Shown here: one piece after another, positions 9,686 through 18,791 of the stretch
How the letters are laid out: each line of letters begins with the position of its first letter
How positions within the stretch are numbered: position 1 is the first letter of the stretch
Source of the DNA: Gemmatimonas sp.
GTDB taxonomy: Bacteria > Gemmatimonadota > Gemmatimonadetes > Gemmatimonadales > Gemmatimonadaceae
Reading direction: 5' to 3'
Length of the DNA stretch: 64,000 bases
NCBI RefSeq assembly: GCF_036405635.1
Contig: NZ_DASWXE010000076.1
Span: 2,357 to 66,356 of the forward strand
The notes under the pieces: generated by a model
What the model saw: only the letters and a program-made list of their open reading frames with translations
Database searches by the model: none
What the model was told of the DNA's origin: nothing
Made by a program: the position numbers and the translations under genes

Positions 9686-11188
9686 GTGATGACGACGCTC
9701 GACGAATTCCGCGCACGCGCCGAGGGCTGCCGATCGACCGGCGGACTCGTGCCCGTCTGGCGCGACTGCCTGCTCGACCTCTGCACGCCCGTCTCCGCGT
9801 TTGCGAAGCTGCGGCGCGGCCCCTTTGCGTTCCTGCTCGAGTCCGCGGTCACGCGGGGTGAGGCGTGGTCACGCTACACCTATCTGGGCACCGAACCACG
9901 CGGGGCGTGGCGGCTGCGTGATGGCGTCGTGGAAGACTGGACCGAGGAAGCCGGCTGGCACGGGGCCCGCACGCCCGCCGATCCCATCGCGGACCTGCGC
10001 GCCATCGTGCGCGACATGAATCCGGTGGATGCGCCAGAGCTGGGCGCGCTGTGGAGCGGCGCGTTTGGCTTCTTCTCGTACGACGTGGTGCGGCATATCG
10101 AACGGTTGCCCAATGCCCCACCACGGGCGCTGAGTTATCCCGATGCCTGCTTCGTGTTCACCGACGCGCTCGTGGTCATCGACAACTGGCGCGGTCAGGC
10201 GCGCGTGATCGTTTCGGTGCCGGTGGCTGGTGGCGCTGATGCGGCGGCGCTCGATGCGCAGTACGCCAAGGCCGTCGCGACGCTCGACGAAACCATCGCC
10301 CGCCTGCAGAGTCCCGAGACCTTGCCGCCGCTCACACTCAACGAGCGTGCCGCACCGGCTACGGCAGTGTCGATGTATCCGCGTGAGGACTTTCTGCGCG
10401 ATGTCGATCGCATCAAGGAATACATCCTCGCTGGCGATGTTTTCCAGGCGCTGCTCGCTCGCCGCATGGAAGTGCCGCTCGACTTCGACACGACGACGCT
10501 CTACCGCGCTCTTCGCGCGCTGAATCCCTCGCCGTACATGTACCACCTGTTCCTCGACGGCCTCGAACTGGTGGGCAGCTCACCAGAGTTGCTTGTACGG
10601 GTAGCTGACGGGCGCCTCACCGTGCGCCCCATCGCCGGCACCCGCCCGCGCGGCAAGACGCAGGAAGAAGACGACGCGCTGGCCGCCGAGCTTCTGGCCG
10701 ACGAAAAGGAACGCGCCGAGCATGTCATGCTTGTGGACCTGGGCCGCAATGATGTGGGTCGCCTCGCCAAGTACGGAACGGTCGAGGTCACCGATCTCAT
10801 GGTCGTCGAGCGGTACTCACATGTGTTCCACATCGTGAGCCAGGTGGAAGGGGAACTCGCCGATGGGTCGAGTGCGCTCGACGCGTTCCGCGCCGTGTTC
10901 CCCGCGGGCACCATGACGGGCGCGCCCAAGGTACGCGCGATGGAAATCATCGACGAACTCGAGCCGGAACGTCGCGGCGCATACGCTGGCGCGCTCGGTG
11001 TCATCGGCGCGGGCGACACCCGCATGGATCTCGCCATCACTATTCGCACCTGTGTCATTGCAGACGGCGTGGCTTCGGTGCAGGCGGGCGCAGGCATCGT
11101 GTACGACTCAGTGCCCGAGCGTGAGTGGGAAGAGACGGAGAACAAGGCGCGCGCCATGCTGACCGCCATTGGCCGCGCCCGTGGCTGA
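9686..11188 (+). CDS. trpE: Anthranilate synthase component I (chorismate-binding enzyme)
   Basis: 500 aa with FLLESAV near the N-terminus, IAGTRPRG and PAGTMTGAPK, all typical of TrpE/MST-family enzymes. Confidence 0.87.
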   Translation: MMTTLDEFRARAEGCRSTGGLVPVWRDCLLDLCTPVSAFAKLRRGPFAFLLESAVTRGEAWSRYTYLGTEPRGAWRLRDGVVEDWTEEAGWHGARTPADPIADLRAIVRDMNPVDAPELGALWSGAFGFFSYDVVRHIERLPNAPPRALSYPDACFVFTDALVVIDNWRGQARVIVSVPVAGGADAAALDAQYAKAVATLDETIARLQSPETLPPLTLNERAAPATAVSMYPREDFLRDVDRIKEYILAGDVFQALLARRMEVPLDFDTTTLYRALRALNPSPYMYHLFLDGLELVGSSPELLVRVADGRLTVRPIAGTRPRGKTQEEDDALAAELLADEKERAEHVMLVDLGRNDVGRLAKYGTVEVTDLMVVERYSHVFHIVSQVEGELADGSSALDAFRAVFPAGTMTGAPKVRAMEIIDELEPERRGAYAGALGVIGAGDTRMDLAITIRTCVIADGVASVQAGAGIVYDSVPEREWEETENKARAMLTAIGRARG

Positions 11189-11206
11189 TATGCGGGAGAC
11201 TCGCGC

Positions 11207-12784
11207 GTGACGCTCGTGCTCACGTCGGCTTCGGGTGACCGGCGCTTCTCGCTGGTAGGACGCGCCACGCTCGTACTCGGCCGTGATCCGATCAGCGACC
11301 TGCCCGTGCTCGATCCGGCCGTGTCACGACGACACGCCGAGCTCGCGCTGGATGACCGCAATCGTGGTATCCAGATCGTCGATCTGGGGTCGCGCAACGG
11401 TACATGGATCAACGGTACGCGCGTCAACCGTGGCATCGCGCGACTCGGCGACACCGTGGCGTTTGGCACCGTGACGTTCACGGTGATTGAAGTGGACTCG
11501 GTGGCGATGCGGCCCACCCCTTCGTTGTCCGGTCGTGAAGCCAGCGCCACCATGCTGCGTGAGCGCCTGGTGCCGTCGCGCGACCAGGCGCTGGCCGACA
11601 TCGCCATCAACAACGATCGCGCCACGGCACGCCTCACCCAGCTGGTGCGCATCGCGCAGCGACTGGGCACCTTTGGCGATCTCGAAGGCCTGCTCGATGC
11701 GATCGCGACCGATCTGTTCGCGACGTTCGACGCCGATCGCGTCGCGGTCCTGCTGACCGAACCGGATGGCACCTTGAGCACGCGCATCTCACGTGATCGC
11801 AAGGGCGCCATTCCCCGCCCGGTGCCGCGGGCCATCGCGCACGGTGTGGCCGAGCGCCAGGTGGCACTGCTTACGAACGACGCCGCACGCGATACCCGTA
11901 CCGCCGGTGAGTCCGTGCTGCAGCAGGCTGTGAAATCCGCCATGGCCGCTCCGTTGCTGGGAGAGGGACGTGGCACGATGGGCGTGCTGTATGTCGATCA
12001 TCTGCGTGAGCATCAGGCCTTTCAGGATGATGACCTCGCGCTGCTGGTGGCGTTTGCCGGCATTGCCTCGGCTGCCGTGGAGCGCGAATTGGCTGCCGCT
12101 CAGCTGCAGCATGCCGAGCGTGTGCGCGAGAACTTCGAGCGCTACTTCACGCCGCAGCTCGCCGAGCGCATCGCGGGGAGCACCACGCAGGTATCGCTGG
12201 GCGGCGTGCGCCAACCCGTCGTGGTGTTGTTCAGCGACATCCGTCACTTCACCGCCATCGCGGAATCGCTGCCCCCCACGGCCATGGCGCAGCAGCTCAA
12301 CGAGTACTTTGGCGCGATGGTGGACTGCGTGTTCCGGCACGAGGGCGCACTGGACAAGTTCATCGGCGACGCCATCATGGCCTACTGGGGCGCACCGGAA
12401 GCGCGTGAAGACGACACCGACCGCGCCGTGGCCGCCGCCCGTGACATGCAGGAGGCACTCGCCCAGCTCAACGAACGGTGGCGCAGCGAAGGGCGTCCCG
12501 AGCTGCGGGTAGGTATCGGCATTCACACCGGTGACGCGTTCGTGGGCAACATCGGCTCGCCACGACGCCTCGAGTTCACGCTCATCGGCGACACCGTGAA
12601 TCTCGCCAGCCGACTCTGCTCACTGGCCAAGAGTGGTGAAGTGCTGGTGAGCGAGGCGATGGTGCACAGCCTCGTGGGCCGTGTGGCGTGCCTGCCGCGC
12701 ACCGAGTTGCGCGTGTTTCGCCATACCAGCGAAGACAGCCCGGTATGGGAAGTGGCGTCTCCGACACACGGAGCCACCTCGTGA
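11207..12784 (+). CDS. FHA-GAF-class III adenylate cyclase
   Basis: FHA (LVLGRD...VSRRHAEL...GSRNGTWINGTRV), a central GAF-like region, and a cyclase domain with metal Asp residues (FSDIRHFT, IGDAIMAYWG), substrate Lys (LDKFIGD), and GDTVNLASRL. Confidence 0.85.
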   Translation: MTLVLTSASGDRRFSLVGRATLVLGRDPISDLPVLDPAVSRRHAELALDDRNRGIQIVDLGSRNGTWINGTRVNRGIARLGDTVAFGTVTFTVIEVDSVAMRPTPSLSGREASATMLRERLVPSRDQALADIAINNDRATARLTQLVRIAQRLGTFGDLEGLLDAIATDLFATFDADRVAVLLTEPDGTLSTRISRDRKGAIPRPVPRAIAHGVAERQVALLTNDAARDTRTAGESVLQQAVKSAMAAPLLGEGRGTMGVLYVDHLREHQAFQDDDLALLVAFAGIASAAVERELAAAQLQHAERVRENFERYFTPQLAERIAGSTTQVSLGGVRQPVVVLFSDIRHFTAIAESLPPTAMAQQLNEYFGAMVDCVFRHEGALDKFIGDAIMAYWGAPEAREDDTDRAVAAARDMQEALAQLNERWRSEGRPELRVGIGIHTGDAFVGNIGSPRRLEFTLIGDTVNLASRLCSLAKSGEVLVSEAMVHSLVGRVACLPRTELRVFRHTSEDSPVWEVASPTHGATS

Positions 12785-13578
12785 AACTGGCCGTACCCGA
12801 AGGCATACGGGAACTGCCGCCCACCGTGAACGTGGCTGGCGCCGACATCACGGCCTTTCCGTCGGTGCGAGACGATCTCGTGACGCTCGTCGAGGCGCAT
12901 GGATCGCTGTACGAGTGGGCATCCGAGCAACCGCAGTCACGCGCATTGCGTGGACGCGCGCCGGTCTACGTCGCCACACTGCCCACATCGGGTATGCAGG
13001 TGGTCGTGCGACATGCCTGGCATGGCGGCTTGCTCGCTCCCATCACCGGCGATCGGTTCCGGCGACCGTCGCGCGCGCCGCGTGAGATGTGGCAATCGCT
13101 CGCGTTGCGCGGAGCTGGCGTGCCGACCACGGAGGTGCTGGGTTTCGTGCGCTATGATGCAGGACCAGGGCTGGTGCGTGTCGATGTCGTCACGCTGTAC
13201 GTACCCGATACGGCAGACCTGGGCATGGTCCTGGCCGGTCTGGCGCCCGATATGGAATGCGATCAGGCACTGGATGCCACGCGAGCGCTGCTGCGCACCC
13301 TCGCCCGTCATGGCGTGGTGCACCCGGACCTCAACGTCAAGAACGTGCTGCTCAGGCCTGGACAGGGCGCGGCCCTCGACGCGCTGATGATCGATGTGGA
13401 CGTCGTGCAATGGGATTCAACGCGACCACCGGATGACACCATGAACCGCAACGTGTCGCGTCTTATCCGCTCGATGACCAAATGGCGCACACACTTCGGG
13501 TGTGATTTCGCCGATCGGCGCATCGCGGCGTTCGTGGAAGCCACGCGCGCCGACGCGCTGGCGCTGGAGCACCATTGA
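12781..13578 (+). CDS. Lipopolysaccharide kinase family protein (Kdo/WaaP-like)
   Basis: Catalytic-loop-like VVHPDLNVKNVLL and MIDVD. Start placed at GTG 12781, which overlaps the cyclase stop (GTGA); the ORF track start 12688 lies inside the cyclase gene. Confidence 0.7.
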   Translation: MKLAVPEGIRELPPTVNVAGADITAFPSVRDDLVTLVEAHGSLYEWASEQPQSRALRGRAPVYVATLPTSGMQVVVRHAWHGGLLAPITGDRFRRPSRAPREMWQSLALRGAGVPTTEVLGFVRYDAGPGLVRVDVVTLYVPDTADLGMVLAGLAPDMECDQALDATRALLRTLARHGVVHPDLNVKNVLLRPGQGAALDALMIDVDVVQWDSTRPPDDTMNRNVSRLIRSMTKWRTHFGCDFADRRIAAFVEATRADALALEHH

Positions 13579-14684
13579 TGTCGGTGCCGACCACTCCGCC
13601 GTTGCCGCCACTGCGCCTCCAGCGCATCGGTATCGTGATGATGAGCGCCGTTGGGGATGCCGTGCACGTCATGCCCATCATCCATGCGCTCAAGGCACAT
13701 GCCCCCGCAGCGCACATCACATGGGTGCTGCAGCCTGGTCCGGCCACGCTCGTGCGTGGTCATCCCCTGGTGGACGACATCGTGGTGTTCGATCGTTCCC
13801 GCGGATGGCAGGCCTTCCTCGACGTACGCCGCGAACTCGCATCGCGGCAGTTCGATGTGGTGCTGGGGTTGCAGGTGTACTTCAAGGCCGGTCTCATCAC
13901 GGGCTTCACAAAATCTCCAGTGAAGCTCGGGTTTGACCGCGCCCGCGCCCGCGATGCCAACTGGTTGTTCACCACGCACCGCATCGCGCCGCACGTGGGC
14001 CAGCATGTGCAGGACCAGTACTTCGAGTTTCTCGACGCACTGGGTGTGCCGCACGGCGCGCCGTCATGGACACTGGGTCCTTGGAACGACGCGGAGCGAT
14101 CATGGCAACGCGAGTTTGTCGCGCAGTTCGATCGTCCCATCGCGCCTATCGTCGTGGCCACCAGCAAGCCGGCCAAGGATTGGATGCCCGAGCGCTGGGC
14201 ACGCATCTGCCAGGTGCTGTGGAACGACTTCGGTTTGCAACCGGTGCTCGTGGGCGGCAACTCGGAGCGCGAGCGTGCGGCCGAAGCCATCATCCTGCGT
14301 GAGGCACCGATGGCCCACTCCGCACTGGGCAGCGGTCTGCGCAAACTGGCCGCTATCCTCGATGGCGCCGCTGTGGCGCTCTCACCGGACACCGGTCCAC
14401 TGCACCTCGCCATCGCCCTGCGCACGCCGGTCGTGTCGTTGCTGGGCTACACCAATCCCAAGCGCGTGGGACCCTACGATTTTTCGCACGATCTCATGAT
14501 CGACGCGTATGGCGATCCGGGCGAGGACTATCCGATCGACATGACCTATCGGGAGGGCCGTCTCGAGCGCATCGGGGTGGACGATGTCGTTGCGAAGCTC
14601 CACCACTGGCGTTCCCACTACGCGGCGGCGCGCCTCGCCGATCTCGACGTGCGGGGATTGGGTAGCCGACTAGCGGGTGATTGA
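13575..14684 (+). CDS. Glycosyltransferase family 9 (LPS heptosyltransferase-like)
   Basis: N-terminus IGIVMMSAVGDAVHVMPIIHALK and C-terminal DTGPLHLA, typical of RfaC/RfaF-type enzymes. ATGA overlap with the upstream kinase gene. Confidence 0.85.
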   Translation: MMSVPTTPPLPPLRLQRIGIVMMSAVGDAVHVMPIIHALKAHAPAAHITWVLQPGPATLVRGHPLVDDIVVFDRSRGWQAFLDVRRELASRQFDVVLGLQVYFKAGLITGFTKSPVKLGFDRARARDANWLFTTHRIAPHVGQHVQDQYFEFLDALGVPHGAPSWTLGPWNDAERSWQREFVAQFDRPIAPIVVATSKPAKDWMPERWARICQVLWNDFGLQPVLVGGNSERERAAEAIILREAPMAHSALGSGLRKLAAILDGAAVALSPDTGPLHLAIALRTPVVSLLGYTNPKRVGPYDFSHDLMIDAYGDPGEDYPIDMTYREGRLERIGVDDVVAKLHHWRSHYAAARLADLDVRGLGSRLAGD

Positions 14685-15293
14685 CCCGAACGCGTACTGA
14701 AAGCCGAGCTCCCGCAGCAACATGATCGTGCGGCCCAACGGGAGCCCCATGACGGCAAAGTAGTCGCCATCGACACGTTCGACGATCGTGGCACCATACC
14801 CCTGAATGCCGTAGGCGCCGGCCTTGTCCATGGGCTCGCCGGTATCCACGTAGGCCTCGATGAGTGCGCGGTCAAGCACACGGAACTGCACGTCAACGGC
14901 CTCCACGCCCGAGCGCACCTGGCCACCATGCGCCACCGCGACGGCGGTGTACACCGTGTGCGAACGCCCCGACAGTCGTTCGAGCATCTGGATGGCATCG
15001 CTCCGGTCGCGCGGCTTGCCAAGGATGGCGCCGTCCACCACGACGATGGTGTCCGATCCAATGACCACCGCGTCCGGTTCAGCCACAGCGAGCACCTGCG
15101 CCTTGCCGCGGGCCAGACGCTCGCAGTGCGGCACCGGCGCTTCGCCGTCCAGGACCGTCTCGTCGATATCCGCCGGACGGACCTCGTGGGTGATACCCAC
15201 CAAGGTGAGGAGTTCTCGACGGCGCGGGGACTGCGACGCCAGAATGACGCGGACCGGAGAGCCGGTAGTGGGGAGACCAGACTGGAGAGCCAT
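14670..15293 (-). CDS. maf: Maf-like nucleoside triphosphate pyrophosphatase
   Basis: ILASQSPRRRELL N-terminal signature, about 200 aa. Confidence 0.9.
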   Translation of the reverse strand: MALQSGLPTTGSPVRVILASQSPRRRELLTLVGITHEVRPADIDETVLDGEAPVPHCERLARGKAQVLAVAEPDAVVIGSDTIVVVDGAILGKPRDRSDAIQMLERLSGRSHTVYTAVAVAHGGQVRSGVEAVDVQFRVLDRALIEAYVDTGEPMDKAGAYGIQGYGATIVERVDGDYFAVMGLPLGRTIMLLRELGFQYAFGSITR

Positions 15294-15346
15294 GTGGGTA
15301 AGTTTATGGCGATCGCATGGAATGCCAACGCCCCGCTCTGCCGAAC

Positions 15347-16531
15347 ATGTCCGACGACCAGCACACTCCGAACTTCGAAACGCTCGCGATCCGCACTCAG
15401 TCGGCCATTACGCCGGAGCGTGAACACTCCGTGCCGCTGTTCCTGACGTCGAGCTTCCGGTTCGACGATGCCGAGCACGCGCGGGCGCTCTTCACCGAAG
15501 AAGTGAGCGGCAATGTCTACAGTCGCTATGCCAACCCGAACACCGACGAGTTCGTTCGGAAGTTGTGCCTGCTCGAAGGCGGCGAGGATGGCATCGCGAC
15601 GGCCTCCGGTATGTCGGCGGTGTTCACCGCACTGGCGGCGAAGGTATCGGCGGGCGACCACATCGTGGCTTCGCGGGCGCTCTTCGGGTCAACGCACCAG
15701 ATCCTGACGCGAGTGCTGCCCAAGTGGGGCGTGACCGCCGATTATGCCGACGTCAGCGATCCCGATTCCTGGGAGCGCCTGATCCGTCCCAACACGCGAC
15801 TGCTGTTCGTGGAGACCCCGAGCAATCCGGGGCTAGAGCTGATCGACCTGGCATGGCTGGGCCAGTTGGCGCTGGCACGGGGCATCCCCCTCGTCGTCGA
15901 CAATTGCTTCGCCACGCCCTATCTGCAGCGCCCACTGACGCTGGGAGCCAGCGTGGTGGTGCACTCGGCGACCAAGTACATCGACGGTCAGGGCCGGGCG
16001 CTGGGCGGCGCCATCATCGGCAACCGGGAGTATCTCGCCGACTGCCGGTTCTTCGCCCGTCATACCGGACCCGCCATGAGCGCCTTCAATGCCTGGCTGC
16101 TGTCCAAGTCGCTGGAGACGCTGGCCGTGCGGATGGACCGTCACTGCGCGAACGCGCTGACGATCGCCCGACATTTCGAGGGCCATCCAGCCGTGGAATC
16201 GGTGCGCTACCCGTTTCTGCCGTCACACCCCCAGCATGATTTGGCGCAGCGGCAGATGTCGCAGGGCGGTGGCATCGTTGTGCTGGTGCTCAAGGGCGGA
16301 CTGGCCGCCGGTCGCCGTTTTCTCGATGGCGTGCAACTGGTGTCACACTCTGCGAACCTCGGCGACACGCGCACCATTGTTACACACCCGGCATCCACGA
16401 CGCACAGCAAGCTGACGGGCGACGAGCGCGCAGCGGTGGCCATCACAGATGGACTCATTCGCGTGAGTGTGGGCCTCGAGCACACCGACGACATCATCGC
16501 AGATCTGGAACGGGCGCTGGCTGCAGCATAG
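15347..16531 (+). CDS. O-succinyl/O-acetyl-homoserine sulfhydrylase-like PLP enzyme (Cys/Met metabolism family)
   Basis: PLP-Lys motif HSATKYIDGQG and C-terminal IRVSVGLEHTDDIIADLERAL. Start moved to ATG 15347 (MSDDQHTPNFETLAIR). Confidence 0.88.
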   Translation: MSDDQHTPNFETLAIRTQSAITPEREHSVPLFLTSSFRFDDAEHARALFTEEVSGNVYSRYANPNTDEFVRKLCLLEGGEDGIATASGMSAVFTALAAKVSAGDHIVASRALFGSTHQILTRVLPKWGVTADYADVSDPDSWERLIRPNTRLLFVETPSNPGLELIDLAWLGQLALARGIPLVVDNCFATPYLQRPLTLGASVVVHSATKYIDGQGRALGGAIIGNREYLADCRFFARHTGPAMSAFNAWLLSKSLETLAVRMDRHCANALTIARHFEGHPAVESVRYPFLPSHPQHDLAQRQMSQGGGIVVLVLKGGLAAGRRFLDGVQLVSHSANLGDTRTIVTHPASTTHSKLTGDERAAVAITDGLIRVSVGLEHTDDIIADLERALAAA

Positions 16532-16600
16532 ACGGTTGAGCCAACCAATTGCCACACCCGGCCCGTCCAAAGTACAGCAGGTCACTTGGATGGCGCGTAG

Positions 16601-17074
16601 TCACTCACGGCCGGCGTCCCGCTCCAGCAGAATGGTGACAGGCCCATCGTTGATGAGTTCGACGTCCATCATGGCGCCAAACTCGCCCGTCTCCACCTGA
16701 AGCCCCCGCTGTCGCAAACCCCTCACGAACTGGTTATATAACAACTCAGCTGGCTCGGGTTTGGCTGCATCGATGAAGCTTGGGCGGCGCCCCTTTCGGA
16801 CGTCGCCATAGAGGGTGAACTGCGATACCACGAGCAGTGCACCGCCCTGTTCCACGATGTCCCGATTCATCCGCTGCTCCTCGTCCGGGAACAGACGGAG
16901 ACCGATGACTTTTTCCGTCATCCATTCGAGCTCCGCGACGGTATCACCATGGGTGAAACCGACCAGCAGCAGATATCCGGCATGAATCCGGCCGGAAACC
17001 CGAATAGGGCTTTCGGACGATTCCGCGCGAATGCGGACTTCAGCAGACTTCACTCGTTGGAGTAGTATTCGCAT
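16601..17074 (-). CDS. dtd: D-aminoacyl-tRNA deacylase
   Basis: MRILLQRV start, SQFTLYGD and NDGPVT motifs. Start trimmed to ATG 17074, giving the typical length of about 157 aa. Confidence 0.92.
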   Translation of the reverse strand: MRILLQRVKSAEVRIRAESSESPIRVSGRIHAGYLLLVGFTHGDTVAELEWMTEKVIGLRLFPDEEQRMNRDIVEQGGALLVVSQFTLYGDVRKGRRPSFIDAAKPEPAELLYNQFVRGLRQRGLQVETGEFGAMMDVELINDGPVTILLERDAGRE

Positions 17075-17121
17075 AGCATAGAGTTTGGCCCCGGTCCCGT
17101 GAACACGAAAGACCAGGGACA

Positions 17122-18708
17122 TTGCAATCAACGACCGCCGTGCAACCACGTCTTGCTCTCCATTTCGATCTGACGCCGCGTTCTGCGGCGACGGATGCCG
17201 ATGCTGCGTTCCTCGCCGCGTGTGTGGCGTGGCTTGGGCTGGATCAGGGACAGCCACTGTCCTGGGATTCGCCCTCCAACCACACTCTTGATGGCGGCCG
17301 CATCCTCCGCTGGGCGCCGTACCGGAATGACGGCGCGTCGTTGGCCGATATCGTCGTCCACGCGCCGGATCCGCTCGATCGCTCCCTGCAGTGGTCCACG
17401 CATGTCACCTATGTCGCGTCGCAGAACGCAGCCGGTGCAATCCACCGCCAGGTGAACATCCGCGTCGGGACGGAAGGTGGCGCGCCCAACGGTGCTCCGC
17501 CGCCAGTGCGTCCGCCGCGCCTGCTGTCCGAGCTCGACGCCACGTTCACGCTCGTCTCCAACGACGGCCCCCTGCAGCGCACGCCGACGCAGCTCGAAGC
17601 GGGAACGCTCGATGCGTTCGTGCGTTTTGTGCTGTGCGACCCGGCCCGTACCATGCCGGTGCTGCTCCTCACGGAGCTGCCGGACGGTGGGTATGTGCTG
17701 CCGCCGGAGCAGTTTGCGGCCGAGATGTTCGGCCTCGGTCTCTGCTTCCAGCTGCGCCACGCTGACACATTCGCCCTCTCCGACGCCGTGGGTGGCCACG
17801 CCCGCAGCGTGTTCCTCGGCTCGGCCCGTGCCTACCTGCCCGGCTTCACGCTCGAAGCCGATCCGTTCCAGCACCCGCTGGTCCTGGCCCGCGCCCTCGC
17901 GCTGCCCGGTGAGCGTCGCCGCCTCGTGCAGCGTCTCGCCGAAGTGTCGGTGCAGCGTCCGTTCTCCGATCCGGTCGTCGCCGACACCCTGCGCGACCTG
18001 CGCAGTGCGGCCTACAGCAAGCGGCCCGATGCCACGGAAGCCCTCGCGGCGGCCGAGTCGGGCGTCGAGATGGACAAGACGCAGCTCATCGCGATCGTGC
18101 GCCAGCTCGAAGAAGCGGTCCGTGCGGCCGAAGGTGAGCTGGCCCGCACCCGCGAGCGCCTGAACGAATCGCGGCAGTCGCTCGAGGCTGAGCGCTCCTC
18201 CGCCCGTTCACTGCGCACCACCCTGGCCGCCCTCAAGGAACGCCAGCCGATCTCCAAGCCGGCCAGCGACGCACCGCAGTCCGTGCTGGAAGCGGTCGAG
18301 CGGGCGCAGGCGCTGTACTCCGACGCGCTGCGCATCCTGCCGTCGGCGTTCACGTCCTCGCGTGACTCCGAGTTCCCCGATCCCGATACGGCCTGGTCGT
18401 ATCTCAAGGCACTCGGCGAAGTGGGCCGTCGTCGTCAGGACCGCGCCCTCAGCCGTCCGCTGGGTGAGGTCTTCGCCGATCTGGGTGTCGACTACTCCCC
18501 GGGTCCGAGCGATCCGGCGCGCAAGACGCCGTACATCTTCCGCGACAGCGATCGCGAAGTCGAATGTGCGGACCAGCTGCGCAAGGGCAGCAACCCGGTG
18601 ACGTGCCTGCGCATCTACTTTGCGTCCACCGAAGACGGCGGTTTTGTCATCGGACACGTCGGCCGTCAGATCGACGTGATCGCCCGCGCGGCGGCCAGCG
18701 AAGACTGA
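17122..18708 (+). CDS. Hypothetical protein, 528 aa, with three modules (N-terminal domain, coiled coil, C-terminal domain)
   Basis: Long ORF with good GC3 bias, followed by a strong terminator hairpin. The start is TTG 17122 or GTG 17140. I recognise no family. Confidence 0.7.
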   Translation: MQSTTAVQPRLALHFDLTPRSAATDADAAFLAACVAWLGLDQGQPLSWDSPSNHTLDGGRILRWAPYRNDGASLADIVVHAPDPLDRSLQWSTHVTYVASQNAAGAIHRQVNIRVGTEGGAPNGAPPPVRPPRLLSELDATFTLVSNDGPLQRTPTQLEAGTLDAFVRFVLCDPARTMPVLLLTELPDGGYVLPPEQFAAEMFGLGLCFQLRHADTFALSDAVGGHARSVFLGSARAYLPGFTLEADPFQHPLVLARALALPGERRRLVQRLAEVSVQRPFSDPVVADTLRDLRSAAYSKRPDATEALAAAESGVEMDKTQLIAIVRQLEEAVRAAEGELARTRERLNESRQSLEAERSSARSLRTTLAALKERQPISKPASDAPQSVLEAVERAQALYSDALRILPSAFTSSRDSEFPDPDTAWSYLKALGEVGRRRQDRALSRPLGEVFADLGVDYSPGPSDPARKTPYIFRDSDREVECADQLRKGSNPVTCLRIYFASTEDGGFVIGHVGRQIDVIARAAASED

Positions 18709-18725
18709 TTGGTACAGTACAAACG

Positions 18726-18770
18726 AAAGCGGGGCGACGGGCACTTGGCTCGTCGCCCCGCTTTCTTTTT
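18726..18770. terminator. Bidirectional rho-independent terminator
   Basis: AAAGCGGGGCGACG-loop-CGTCGCCCCGCTTT followed by TCTTTTT on the + strand. The complement is followed by TTTCGTTTGT. It lies between convergent genes. Confidence 0.85.
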
Positions 18771-18791
18771 GTCACCGCCACATCCGGGCGA

